NCBI RefSeq assembly: GCF_006345805.1 | Contig: NC_043017.1 | Location: forward strand, 10,168,001 to 10,232,000 | Direction of reading: 5' to 3' | From: Octopus sinensis | Taxonomy: Eukaryota | Length of the DNA: 64,000 nt | Shown here: positions 38,781-51,330 of the stretch, in pieces | Position numbering within the stretch: the first letter of the stretch is position 1 | Layout: each line of letters starts with the position of its first letter | Translations under genes and position numbers: made by a program | Notes under the pieces: model-generated | The model's database searches: none | The model's input: the letters and a program-made list of their open reading frames with translations, nothing else | What the model was told of the DNA's origin: nothing

Positions 38781-40032
38781 TTTTGTGTGTGTATATATAT
38801 ATATATATATATACAGACCCACATCTCTGTACACTACACTGCATCTGGAGTTGAGTTTGTATGAAGGAGCCCTCCAAGCGGTTCACTGGCTTGCTTGAAA
38901 TAGTAGCCAAATTTACACCGATGCAGAATGACATATCTGATATTGTATTCCTGGATACACACACACACACACTCTCTCTCTAAATATATTTATATATGTG
39001 TATTTATATATATAACATGTATTAGAAAGTGGTGTTGGTTTGTTTACATCCCCTGTAACTTAGTAGTTGAACAAAATGACAGCAACAGAATAAGGGCCAG
39101 ACTTTAAAAAAAGACTAATTATTGGGGTGAATTTGTTAGATTAAAATTCTTGGAGGTGGTGCCCCAGCATGGCCACAGTCCAATGACCGAAGCACCTAAA
39201 AGACAAAAGCTGAAAGACAAAAGACAGACAAGGTTGTTTCTGTTTCGCCTGACCCCCTGGACTGACTGATGGATGCAGTCTCGTTTGGGATGTGTTGTGC
39301 AGGGAATTATGAGTTGACCCCAGCGTCGGGGTCGGCTTGTGATTTCTAAACGACACAGGACCGGGGTATTACTATCCCAACTCCTAGGACTCATCAAGCT
39401 GGTTACCTGTTTCCATGGTGAATAGGGGACCGAGACCACAACATTCTCTCTGAACAGGACCCCTGTCCATTGCAGGGTCGCTCGTTTACAGGTGAGTGAA
39501 CTGGAACAATGGGAAATGAAGTGTTTTGCTCAAGGAAACAACACACTGTCCTATCCAGGAATCGAAACTGTAATCTTATGATTGAGTGCAACACCCTAAC
39601 CACTAGGCCATGTGCCTCCACCCTTCTGGAGTGATTCTGAGAATAACGACGAAGGGTTAAAAAAGCTTTAAAATAATTGAAAATGAAACAAAATTGAAGG
39701 CAAAATACTAAAAATTATTGAAAGTGGGTAGATATAAACACTACGTAGTGTAGTAGTACTTATGATAGGGTCTCTGTAAAAAGTTGAATATGATTTCGGA
39801 ATATAACGAGGAAAAATTCGGATCTTGGGAATTTTCCAAAAGTCCTCTCCCCACCTCAAGATTTTCCCCACAAATTACTTTATAGTCCTAATGGGCGATC
39901 TTTCGTTACAAGAACACTATATGGGCGATGGGCGAAAGTTAGCCGGTTAATTTATACTGCTTACAAAAATAGGGATTAATGTATAATTTCTTTCTATGTT
40001 CATAATTTTTTGTTTACAATATTGAAAAACAT

Positions 40033-40660
40033 ATGCCACCAAAGAAAAGACATAATCTCTCCAGAAACAAGTATAAAGCAAGATGAGATTTTCTCAAGAT
40101 CAGCAAATGCATATTGCAGCATTTAAAGCTGGATCATTAAATCAATGTTTTAATGATTAGACAGAGGTCCAATAGAAAAGCTCTCAAAAACAGATTATGT
40201 AAAAATTCGTTCTTCACAACTCCTGAAGTTTGTTTTTTGGATATGATCCATTCTATTCTTATAAAAATGATAACTCTGTCCAAATTGGTGTGCTAAACAC
40301 AAATTGTCGTTTCCGTAGAGCTTTAAAATTATTCAAATGAAACAAATGGTATGTGCTGCTCAGGCGGTCAGGTAACATTGCCAGCACTACCAGCTCCTTC
40401 TCAACCTCTCATGGATCTTTCTAGAAGGCATTTCCATCCAGTGAAAGGATTTTCTAAACAATATCAGACAATATAACTCTGCAAATGACATCGTTTACTG
40501 CATCTGAGAAGATAGATAAACATGAATTTACGCCGACGTCAAAGTTGAAGGCCAAGTCTATCACTTCATTGGTTCCCTGTCACCCACAAAGGAACAACCA
40601 CAGTTCCTCCAAATTTACTTTATGAGTGATGTAGGACAACAGACCCGAAGGAGGTGTCAA
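40033..40660 (+). mobile_element. Helitron RepHel N-terminal fragment
   Basis: MPPKKR..FGYDPFYSY..VQIG..C..RALK..NETNGMCCSGGQVTLPALP..FLNNIRQYNSA.MTSF..KVEGQVYHFIGSL..FLQIYF, the zinc-finger-like N-terminus of Helitron RepHel; frameshifted. Confidence 0.85.
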
Positions 40661-41143
40661 CATTTCAGATGATGGGTCGTGTTAGACACAGTGCCGACTG
40701 CTGCAAAAGAGAATATAGCTTTCACCCTTTTCGGTGCGTTCAAAAATCACATAACCCCAACAGGTTAAAGCCCGAAATATTCCAAACGGACGCATAGCAT
40801 GTTCTTTAGTAGAATTAGCCCATCATTTACTCCACAAATGTTTTGTCGTCAATGCTGCACTTTCCCATATCACCTGTTTCAATATAACTGGAATATATTA
40901 TATACAAACTATGTCATTTTAACCCCGAGCAACTCTTTCATGAAAATGGGGGCTTTTTCAATGAAATTTTATATAAATACCTTTGAAACGGCATACATTA
41001 TGACGACTAAATTTCGATATGCGCCATGACATGACGGCTAAATTTCGATAACGAAAGATCGCCAATTAACCAAATAGAAGCACATGTACGAACTGGTAAT
41101 TTAACGGTAAATGCCACAATAATTATTATAGATAAATTTATTA

Positions 41144-41230
<87 letters not shown>

Positions 41231-41559
41231 ATATTTAAGCACATCTATTAAATGTTAATTTAAGGGTAAATATGTAACTGTAAATACCTTGCAACTGCTG
41301 CGATAATTATTAACTGGTGATTGAATGGTGAATGTGTATTTTTATACACCTTGGACCTGCAACTTCATTGTTTTTTGTCAAGAGTTGCACCTCCAGCCGT
41401 TCGTTATGTCAGTCAACACGTACACTGTCGCACCATTTTGTTGTGATGACTTATTTTGTGTTTTTCCCGCTCATTCCGTAAAAAATTATTTAAAGAGAGA
41501 AATTGAAAGAAGAGAAAGCGAAAAGGACAGAGAGCAAGAAGGTGAAAGGTGTGTGTCGT

Positions 41560-42070
41560 GATGATTGACGTTTTTGGCGGTACTCGCGCATAGAAAATGT
41601 GACGTCATCACATAAAATGCTTACGATAGTTGATTTATGGAAAAGATTATAATATTAAATTTTTGAAATGCAAATATGTGAATGGAAATTAAGTTTAATT
41701 TGTAGCCGAAATAGTTCTGAATCTTTTGATACCCAATACGTCAAAATCGGTAACTCGGTTTTGGAATGCACAAGGACTATATATATATAATGTGAGATAA
41801 TACTTTCATTTTGAAAGAAGTCTGTCCTATAATGCATATATATTTAGGACAGACTTCTTTCAAAATGAAAGTATTATCAAACATTACAATAGAGACGTGA
41901 TACTGAAATAGTGTAAGAGATAAGACATTGCTCTGGGCTCGCATTAGGCAAGAAGTTGGGAATGTTTTTGGCCCATGACACTACATGGACCCTAAGTAAG
42001 GCATGTGTAAAACTTGAATGAAATCGGTTGTGTAGTTCTCGTGTTTTAAGGATTCACAAAGACAGACACG
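41560..42070 (+). mobile_element. probable non-autonomous Helitron/Helentron-like element containing a perfect hairpin
   Basis: aaacttgaatgaaatcggttgtgtagttctc...acaaagacagacac resembles HINE/DINE-type ends; no ORF. Confidence 0.4.
41796..41878. repeat. perfect 34-bp inverted repeat with 15-nt loop
   Basis: gataatactttcattttgaaagaagtctgtccta (41796-41829) / taggacagacttctttcaaaatgaaagtattatc (41845-41878). Confidence 0.95.
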
Positions 42071-42400
42071 TAGATGCCAGACCAGCAAGGGAAAGTTGCT
42101 GACCTCTCCTGTTCGAAGGTTATAATGGACACAGGTTCGTGTGTCACATAGCTGGCTAGAGGCGATGGCCTCTTGGAGTTAATCAACGGCAGCATTCGTC
42201 CTATTTTTTCTGGACTGCTCAGGACAAGAAGCCGAATGGACACAATAAAATAAATAAATAAACATTCCTACCTACATAGTTTAATGACCATTTTAGTCTG
42301 TCAAATGGTCATATTGTAAGAATAAAATAATAATCCTGCCATCTTGTCCGTTCGGTTTTATGTCCGTTCAGCAAAAGTGCATTCTGCATCCCGTCCATGA

Positions 42401-42733
42401 AGGCGCATGGCTGAGTAGTTAGACCGTCTAGCTTACGATCATGAGGTTGTGAGTTCGAATCCTGGACCAGGCTGCGCGTTGTGCTCTTGAGCAAGACACT
42501 TTATTTCACGTTGCTCCAGTTCACTCAGCTGTATAAATGAGTTGCGACGTGACTGGCACCAAGCTCTATCGGGCCCTTTGCCTTTCCCTTGGATAACATC
42601 AGTAGCATAGAGAGGAGAGGCTGGTATGCATGGGCGACTGCTAGTCTTCCATAAACAACCTTGCCTGGACTTGTGCCTGGGAGGGTAACTTTCTAGGTGC
42701 AATCCCATGGTCAGTCATGACCGAAGGGGTTCT
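42401..42733 (+). mobile_element. tRNA-headed SINE family C
   Basis: A-box-like tggctgagtagttag, B-box gagttcgaatcc; homologous to 7431-7755. Variants at 35810-36080 and 39420-39615. Confidence 0.85.
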
Positions 42734-42789
42734 CGTCCCTTTTATATAATTTTTATACCTATATATATATATATATATATATATATACC

Positions 42790-43000
42790 GAAGTCAGGAC
42801 GCCATGATAGATCGTTAGCTCCTACACGCATTTTTTTCTCTCCTTGTTTTTTTCGGTGTATCTTTCTGTCAAAGAGCGTAGGCTCGAAACGTAAAAGACT
42901 TTTTCTATTTCTATTCCTGAACGCTATACTAATACGTTCGTTTGTTTGTACTCCACCTGCCTTCGTCTTTTGTTTATTTTCGTAAACTTTCCCGTTATAT
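42790..43000 (+). mobile_element. PLE-type terminal repeat with variant hammerhead motif (42861-42898)
   Basis: TCTTT-CTGTCAA-A-GAGC(GTAG)GCTC-GAAA-CG-TA-AAAGA; homolog of 13905-14090. Confidence 0.55.
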
Positions 43001-43409
43001 ATATATATATATGACGGGCTTCTTTCAGTTTCTGTCTACCAGATCCACTCACAAAATTTTGGTTGGCCCAAGGTTATAGCAGAAGACTCTTAGACAAGGT
43101 GCCATGCAGTGGGACTGAACCTGGATCCAAGTGGTTGGGAAGCAAATTTATTACCGCCCAGCCACAAAGTCAAATAAAGTTATGTAAAACAAAACAAAAA
43201 CAAAACCAAACAATATTTACTTGGAAGGTTATCGTTCTCACAACAACAATGTTTTGCACTTCGTGCAGGGATGGTCGCTCAGGGAACTTTTACCTTTCAT
43301 CTTTTTAGGGTGAATGAAATAGAGAACCAGTTAGGCATAGGGATGTGATATGCAATCGACTTGTCCCCTTCACCAAAAATCTCAGGCCTTTGCCTATTAT
43401 AGAAAGGGT

Positions 43410-43707
43410 TGTATTTACCACCACCACCACCATAACCACGACCACCACCACCACCACCAACAACAACGACAAAACTAGTACCATCATCATCACTATCACC
43501 ATCACATCCATTACCACCACCACCACCACCATCAACAATAGCAACAACACTGACACCATCATCATCATCATCACATCTACTACTACAACTTCCACCCACG
43601 ACAGCAGCACTGCCACCACCACCACCACCACCACCACCACCACCGTCATTACCACTACTACTACTACTACTACCACTACTACTACCACTACTACTACCAC
43701 CACCACC

Positions 43708-43760
<53 letters not shown>

Positions 43761-43824
43761 CACTACCATCACTACTACTATTCCTACCACCACCACCACC
43801 ACCACCACTACCACCACCACCACC

Positions 43825-43888
<64 letters not shown>

Positions 43889-44520
43889 GTGTTATGATCA
43901 TCAATGATGCTTACTGTCCCTCACTGAATGTCCACAGTTATACCAAGGAACTGTACTTGGTGAACTCAGGTCAGCAAGTACCTTAACATATAAAGGAGTT
44001 GACGATGGTGGAGGGCGGAGGGTGGGGGTGGGGAGATGAAGGGCAGAACGGATGTTTGGGGTGGGGGTCGTGGTGGTTGGGGGTCTGGCTTAGTGGTGTT
44101 GTAATGTCTGCTGGTAGTGATGGTGGTGGTGGTGCAGTGGTGGTGGTGGTGTAGTGGTGGTGGTGGTATTGGTAAGGGGTGAGGAACCAGCGGGGGTGGG
44201 GGGGGTGGATGGGGATAGGGGTGTGCACCGCTAAGGATTCCATGGTGTATGACGTGGTGGCGGTGGTGGAGTCGGGTGGTATGATGTCGGTGGTAAGGCT
44301 TGTGATGTAATGTGGCAGTGGGGTGTGGTAGTCCAATTGTGGAGGTAGTGGTAGTGGGGAGGGGAGGAGTGCAGTGGCCCATGTCATTAGGGTCTGGTGA
44401 TATGGTGAAGTGGTAGGGATGCAGCGTTGTTGCATTGTGGTGGTGGTGCAGTGGTGGTAGTAGTGGTGGTGGTGGTGGTGGTGGTGGTGGTAGTAGTGGT
44501 GTGTTGAGATGGTAGGTGTA
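43410..44520. repeat. (ACC)n/(ACT)n tract followed by an opposite-polarity GGT-rich tract
   Basis: 43410-43890 near-pure acc/act; 44010-44520 degenerate ggt/ggg. Confidence 0.9.
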
Positions 44521-44880
44521 AAGTGGTTATAGAGTCAGAAAAATGCTATAAAATATAAAAATGAAAATTTTACTCTCTCTCTCATTTACTCTTTTACTTG
44601 TTTCAGTCATTTGACTGCGGCCATGCTGGAGCACCCACTCAGAAAAGAACATATTTTCTTCAATATTTTTATACCATAAGACAGAAAATTTTTCTTGAAA
44701 ATTCAGTATGACCGTTGCTGAATCTGGCCATGATACGGCGAAAAAGCATGAAGTCAATAGAGGAATATCACTAACTTTTCTTAAAATGGCATACTCTCGT
44801 GTGGTGAGTGCTGAAAAGGAACATGAAGCCAAAGCTTCAGATATTGAGTTTGAGCCAGAATTTCAAAAATGGACAAAGTA

Positions 44881-45221
44881 CATTATTTACATTTGACGTG
44901 ATATTTGTTCTCATCTTGTTTGTTGTCAACACAATGTTTCGGCTGATATACCCTCCTGACTTCATAAGGTGTCTTCGGGAAATTTCGAACCTGGGTTCTC
45001 ATTCCTAAGGTATTTTTCAATGTTGTTGTTGTTGTTGTTGTTGTTCAGGTCACTGCTTGGAATTGAACTCGGAATGTTGGGGTTAGTAGCCCGTGCTCTT
45101 AACCACTACGCCATATGCCTGTGGGTTAAGAGCGCGAGTTAGAGTGCCATATGCCTGTAGTGGTTTAGAGAACAGGCTACAAACCCCAAGATTCTGAGTT
45201 CGATTCCAGTAAGTGACCTGA

Positions 45222-45273
<52 letters not shown>

Positions 45274-45352
45274 CAAGACACCTGATGAAGACTGGAGGGT
45301 GTATCAGTCAAAACATTGTGTTAACAAAAAAACAAGATGAGGACAAATATCC
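44881..45352. mobile_element. two head-to-head tRNA-headed SINEs (family E) with (AAT/AAC)n linker and hammerhead-like tail
   Basis: Minus copy 44881-45119 (TGGCGTAGTGG A-box, GAGTTCAATTCC B-box); plus copy ~45153-45352 (GAGTTCGATTCC); shared tail aagacacctgatgaag..atcagccgaaacattgtgtt..caagatgaggacaaatatc. Confidence 0.8.
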
Positions 45353-46073
45353 GGACCAAGTAATTGGTACTAATAGGGACAAGGGGTTAAGACTACTATC
45401 CAAGACTTTATACAACATCCGTTAGATGGAAAAAATGGCAAAGACTTGAATTAATTGCTTAACAATCCATGAATTGTCAAAGGTACCAAAAGGCTGGGTG
45501 AGGATGTTATATCAGAAAATGGATAAAGAATTAAGACTACTGGCCAAGATTTTCTACAATGCCTTATTGATGGAAGAAATCACAAAGACCTGAACTCAAT
45601 GCTTAGCAAGGCATACATCGCAACGGGCACCCAAAGGGTGAATGAGGGTGCTAAATGGGATAACAGATTAAGAATTAAGACCACCTTCCAAGACGGAAAA
45701 ATCCCAGAGATAGACCGGAAGTTTTTAGAATAACAGAAGAACCAAAAAAAAAATAATAATAAATAAGAAAAATAAAAGACACTGAAGAAAAGAGATGAAT
45801 TTATTGATGTAGAGAGCTGTGTATTGTTGTTCATAAATTAGAATGTCTGTATGTATAAGGGCAGGATTGCAGGAAAGTGGGGCGGGAGGTGGGGGTGAGG
45901 GGGGTAGGGAAATAGGTGTGTGTGTGTGTGTGTGTTCGGATGACTATTTACTGCAATGTGCTAATAAACCCCTTATTTATAGCCTTGCTTTAGTACAACG
46001 CTTTTAGGTGAATGTTTATTTTGCAGTCATATGAGGAAACATTTATGTGTGTGCGTGTGTGTGTGTGTGTGTG

Positions 46074-46114
<41 letters not shown>

Positions 46115-46520
46115 GTGTGTGTGTGAGGATTGAAAAGGTTGCATTCGTTTTGGTTAACAACAAACGCACATTATCATGCATATACACATATGTGTGTGTG
46201 TGTGTATGTGTCTATATATTTATATTTATGTATACATATGTATGTATGTATGTATGTATGCATATGTATGTGTGTATGTATATGTATGTGTGTATGTATA
46301 TGATTACATATGTGCACAAATATATATATTTTGCTTCAAGAAAATCTTTTGTCTGTATATATATATGTATATGAGTGTGTGTGTGTGTGTAGATAAATAA
46401 ATACATAAATACTATATAATATAATCATATATATATACATACATACATATATATATGTATACATACATATATATATATATACATACATATATATATATAC
46501 ATATATATATATATACATAC

Positions 46521-46553
<33 letters not shown>

Positions 46554-46754
46554 ATATATACATACATAATATATATATATACACACACACATATAACATT
46601 TATACATACATACACACACACAGACACACACACATATATACACATAATATACACACACACACAACACGCATATTTACATTTATATATATACATACATACA
46701 TATATATACATATATATATTTAGCTTGTGTATATACACATAAATCAATATCACT

Positions 46755-46890
46755 TGGTATCAGTTCCTTCTGTCCTCTTGAACACAATGGGTCGCAAGTT
46801 GATGCCACTGGTTTCTGTTGGCTGCAGTTTTCTCTACATCTGGCCATGTGATAGAAGCCTCCCCACATCTCAGTTAGGAATGTTCTGTAC
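46755..46890 (-). mobile_element. RTE LINE extreme C-terminal fragment
   Basis: EKTAANRNQWHQLATHCVQEDRRN*, resembling the RTE end motif A.DR..W..L...C. Confidence 0.5.
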
Positions 46891-47157
46891 CACATAGCTT
46901 AAAGCCTTCCTCTCTCTCTCTCTCATTTCCCCTGTGCTAGTGCCACACAGAAAGCTTCCAGGACACTCTGTAAAGTGGTTGCTGTTAGGAAGGGCATCAA
47001 GCTGTAGAAGCCATACCACAACCAACAATTGGGGCCAGCCGCAATCCTCTGGTCTTGCCAGATCCTGTCAAAACCGTTCAATGCATCGTGACTTGGAGAA
47101 TAGACTTAATGATAAGAAATACACACACGCACACTTGTATATATATTCATATTCATA

Positions 47158-47206
<49 letters not shown>

Positions 47207-47269
47207 TATATATATATTTATAAATATATGTGTATATATATATATATATATACATATATACTTTTGTTA

Positions 47270-47645
47270 CTCTTTTACTTGTTTCAGTCATTTGACAGTG
47301 GCCATGCTGGAGCACCACTTTTAGTCGTGCAAATCGACCCCAGGACTTATTCTTTGGAAGCCTAGTACTTATTCTATCAGACTCTTTTGCCGAACTGCTA
47401 AGTTACGGGAACGTAAACACACCAGCATCAGTTGTCAAAGAGAGACACACAAACATATACACACACATACTCATATATACATATATGTGATGGGCTTCTT
47501 TCAGTTTCTGTCTACCAAATCCACTCACAAGGCTTTGGTCGCCCTGAGGCTATAGTAGAAGACACTTGCCCAAGGTGCCATGCAGTGGGAATGAACCCGG
47601 AACCATGTGGTTGGTAAGCAAGCTACTTACCACACACTCACTCCT
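47270..47645 (-). mobile_element. SINE family B
   Basis: Reverse complement of 19507-19900. Confidence 0.9.
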
Positions 47646-47803
47646 GCGCCTTATACACATGTTTATATACACATATATAAATATATATATATATTTACAT
47701 ATTCATTCATATATATATAATCTATACATCCATTTATATAAACATAGATATAAATATAAATGTATATATATATAAGAAGAGAGAGTGATATATATATATA
47801 TAC

Positions 47804-47864
<61 letters not shown>

Positions 47865-48124
47865 CATATGTATATATACACATTTATTATACAAATACAG
47901 ATATAATCTCATAAAAATACAGGAAGAGGATCATGTCTGCATACACACTCAGATGCACACAAACACACACATCTATACATTTATATCTCTATGCACACTT
48001 ATATATGCACGCACACACACACACACACACTAACCCATACATATACAAAAATGCACATACATACATACACACACCTATAATCACATGAAAAATCCAGGAA
48101 GGACTTGCACATAGGTGTACATCT

Positions 48125-48155
<31 letters not shown>

Positions 48156-48620
48156 ACACACACATACACACGCACACACACACAAAAGCTTCTCATCAAA
48201 CAGAAATCCTTTCATAATTCAGATTAGACTGGGTTAACACCACAGGAAGACATTTTAGGTGGGAGTTTGAGGGTGGGTGGAGGGCGGAGTGAGGGTGTGT
48301 GTGTGTGTGTGGTGGGGGGTTCAAGGTATGGTGGAGGAATGGAGGTGGTGTGATGTGTGGTGGTGCTGGGGGAGGGGAAAGAGGACGAATGGAGGGAGGG
48401 ATGGAGAGACAGGGAGAGTGAGAGGGGGAGGAGAAATAATGAAAAGGGAGATAGTGTGAAGGGGGATGGGTGTGGGGAAAGAGATTTTATACACACACAC
48501 ACATGTGTGTGCGTGTTTGTGCATATGTATATATATATATGTGTATGTGTATATATATATATGTGTGTGTGTATGAATATATACATATATAAATATAAAT
48601 ATATATGTGATATATATATA

Positions 48621-48658
<38 letters not shown>

Positions 48659-48715
48659 TATAAAATGTATGTGTGCATATATGTATATATACACACACAT
48701 GCACATATATATATG

Positions 48716-48747
<32 letters not shown>

Positions 48748-49301
48748 TGTATGTATGTATGTATGTATGTATGCATGTATGTATATATATATGCACACAT
48801 TTGCCATATACACATACACATATATACATAGTTACATGCACACATACATACATGCATGCATACACATATATATTTTCTTATATACATAGAGAAACAGAAT
48901 GACAGAGGGTGGGGTGGAGAAGGAAATGGACTATAAAAGAGAGAGAGAGATAGAAAGTGTGAAGAATAAGTGAGAAAGTGAGGGTTAAAGACAGACAGAC
49001 AGATAGATAGACAGATAGATAGATAGACAGACAGATAGATAGACTGATAGATAGATAGACTGATAGATAGACAGACAGATAGATAGACTGATAGATAGAT
49101 AGATAGATAGAGAGATAGAGAGACAGATAGATAGATTGATAGATAGACAGACAGAGAGACAGACAGAGAGACAGACAGAGAGATAGAAATAGATAGAGAT
49201 ATATATAAATGGATAGATGGATAGATAGATAGACTCATTGATTGATTGATGGATGGATGGATAGCGATAGGTATTGATAGATACTGATAGAAAGAATTTA
49301 G

Positions 49302-49372
<71 letters not shown>

Positions 49373-49598
49373 ACATACACACACATCTATTACATATATG
49401 TATGTATGTGTATGTTATTTGCCTCTCTCTCTCTTACTCTCTCTTTTTTCCTCACTCTCTGTCAGTCTATCTACATATAAGTATATATGCGTATTAATAC
49501 ATACATACCAAGATAAATGGATAGATAGAAAGAAGGACAGATAAACTGAGTGAAAGAGAAAGAGAAAGAGAGAGAGAGAATAACAGAGTTAGAGAGCC

Positions 49599-49667
<69 letters not shown>

Positions 49668-49890
49668 ATGGGAAGGAGAGAAAGACCGAAAAGCCATCAT
49701 GGGCTGGCACTAAATGCTTTTTTAATAATGTCACTTCGGAATTCTGTACAAAGCCAAGATGATAATACGGCGAACTTATCGATTCGATTCGAAGGTTATT
49801 TCTGTTTGCCATTCCATGTTAAAGGGGTGACACAGCCAGTTAAGGAATGGTGTGCAATTAATTATTAGCTTACATACATACACACTCTCT

Positions 49891-49928
<38 letters not shown>

Positions 49929-50193
49929 ATATATATGTATATATATATCTGCCTCTCTATATATACCTCTCTATCCATCCATCTGTCTACCTACCTATTG
50001 ACATATGTATGTACTGAAGTATCTGTGTGTGTGTGTGTGTGTGTTTGTGTCTGTATATAGGTATGCATCTAGCTATCTACTTATCTGTCTATCTTTCTAT
50101 CCATCTACATATGTATATATATATTTATCTATTTATCTATCTATTTCTCTCTCTATATATATATATATCTATCAATTTATCTGTCTAACTGTG

Positions 50194-50271
<78 letters not shown>

Positions 50272-50536
50272 CATTCGTCAGTCTATCTATCTATCTATCT
50301 TCCTGTCTTTCTTGATCACATACACACAAATGCACATGCTGTATGCATGAAAGCATTTTCACTAATGCACCTAAGTATTTATGTATCTATGGCATATTGT
50401 ACATACATATATATATATATCTATCTATATATATATATTATATATATATATGTGTGTGTGTGTATTGATGTGCACCTATGCATATATAGATACATATATA
50501 TATATATATGTATATATATATATGTATATGTATATA

Positions 50537-50589
<53 letters not shown>

Positions 50590-50598
50590 GTGTGTATA

Positions 50599-50629
<31 letters not shown>

Positions 50630-50914
50630 GTATGTATATACACATACACTTAAATAGATATATTTTCTCTGTTTTTATAGACATGCGTCTGGTTGTTTAG
50701 AAAGTATGCATGTGTATACTGAAAGAGAAGGAAGAGAGAGACAGAGAGAGGAGAGAAGAAGAAGGCAAAGGACATGGAGGACCAAGTGGAAAAAGAATAA
50801 GAAAAAGAAGAGGAAGAAGCTGAAGAAAATGATGATGATGACTTAAAAAGATGTAGTGATGATACTGAGGCATATATATAATATATAATATACATACAAC
50901 ACCACACACACACG

Positions 50915-50952
<38 letters not shown>

Positions 50953-50967
50953 ATATATATATATATA

Positions 50968-51330
50968 TAGGTGCAGCAGTGGCTGTGTGGTAAGTAGCTT
51001 GCTTACCAACCACATGGTTCCGGGTTCAGTCCCACTGCATGGCACATTGGGCAAGTGTCTTCTACTATAGCCTTGGGGCAACCAAAGCCTTGTGACAGAA
51101 TCTGAAAGAAGCCCTTTTGTGTGTGTGTGTGTGTGTGTGTTTGTGTATCTGTTGACCCCCCAACATCGCTCGACAACCGTGTGTCTACGTTCCTGTAACT
51201 TAGCCGTTCGGCAAAAAGAGACCAATAGAATAAGTTTTAGGCTTACAAAGAATAAGTCCTGGTGTTGACTTGCTCGACTAAAAGGTGGTGCTCCAGCTTG
51301 GCCGCTGTCAAATGACTGAAACAAATAAAA
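50968..51330 (+). mobile_element. SINE family B
   Basis: Head plus (TG)n plus second arm; an inverted partial copy lies at 51990-52128. Confidence 0.85.

Noticed and set aside
43345-43986. Mucin-like poly-Thr ORFs here and at 12764, 15203-15891 and 52824
   Set aside because: Pure trinucleotide microsatellites open in several frames on both strands, with no signal peptide or splice support.
45050-45119. Family E head read as a real tRNA-Ser(ACT) gene
   Set aside because: No acceptor stem or variable arm; it runs directly into a microsatellite and SINE tail.
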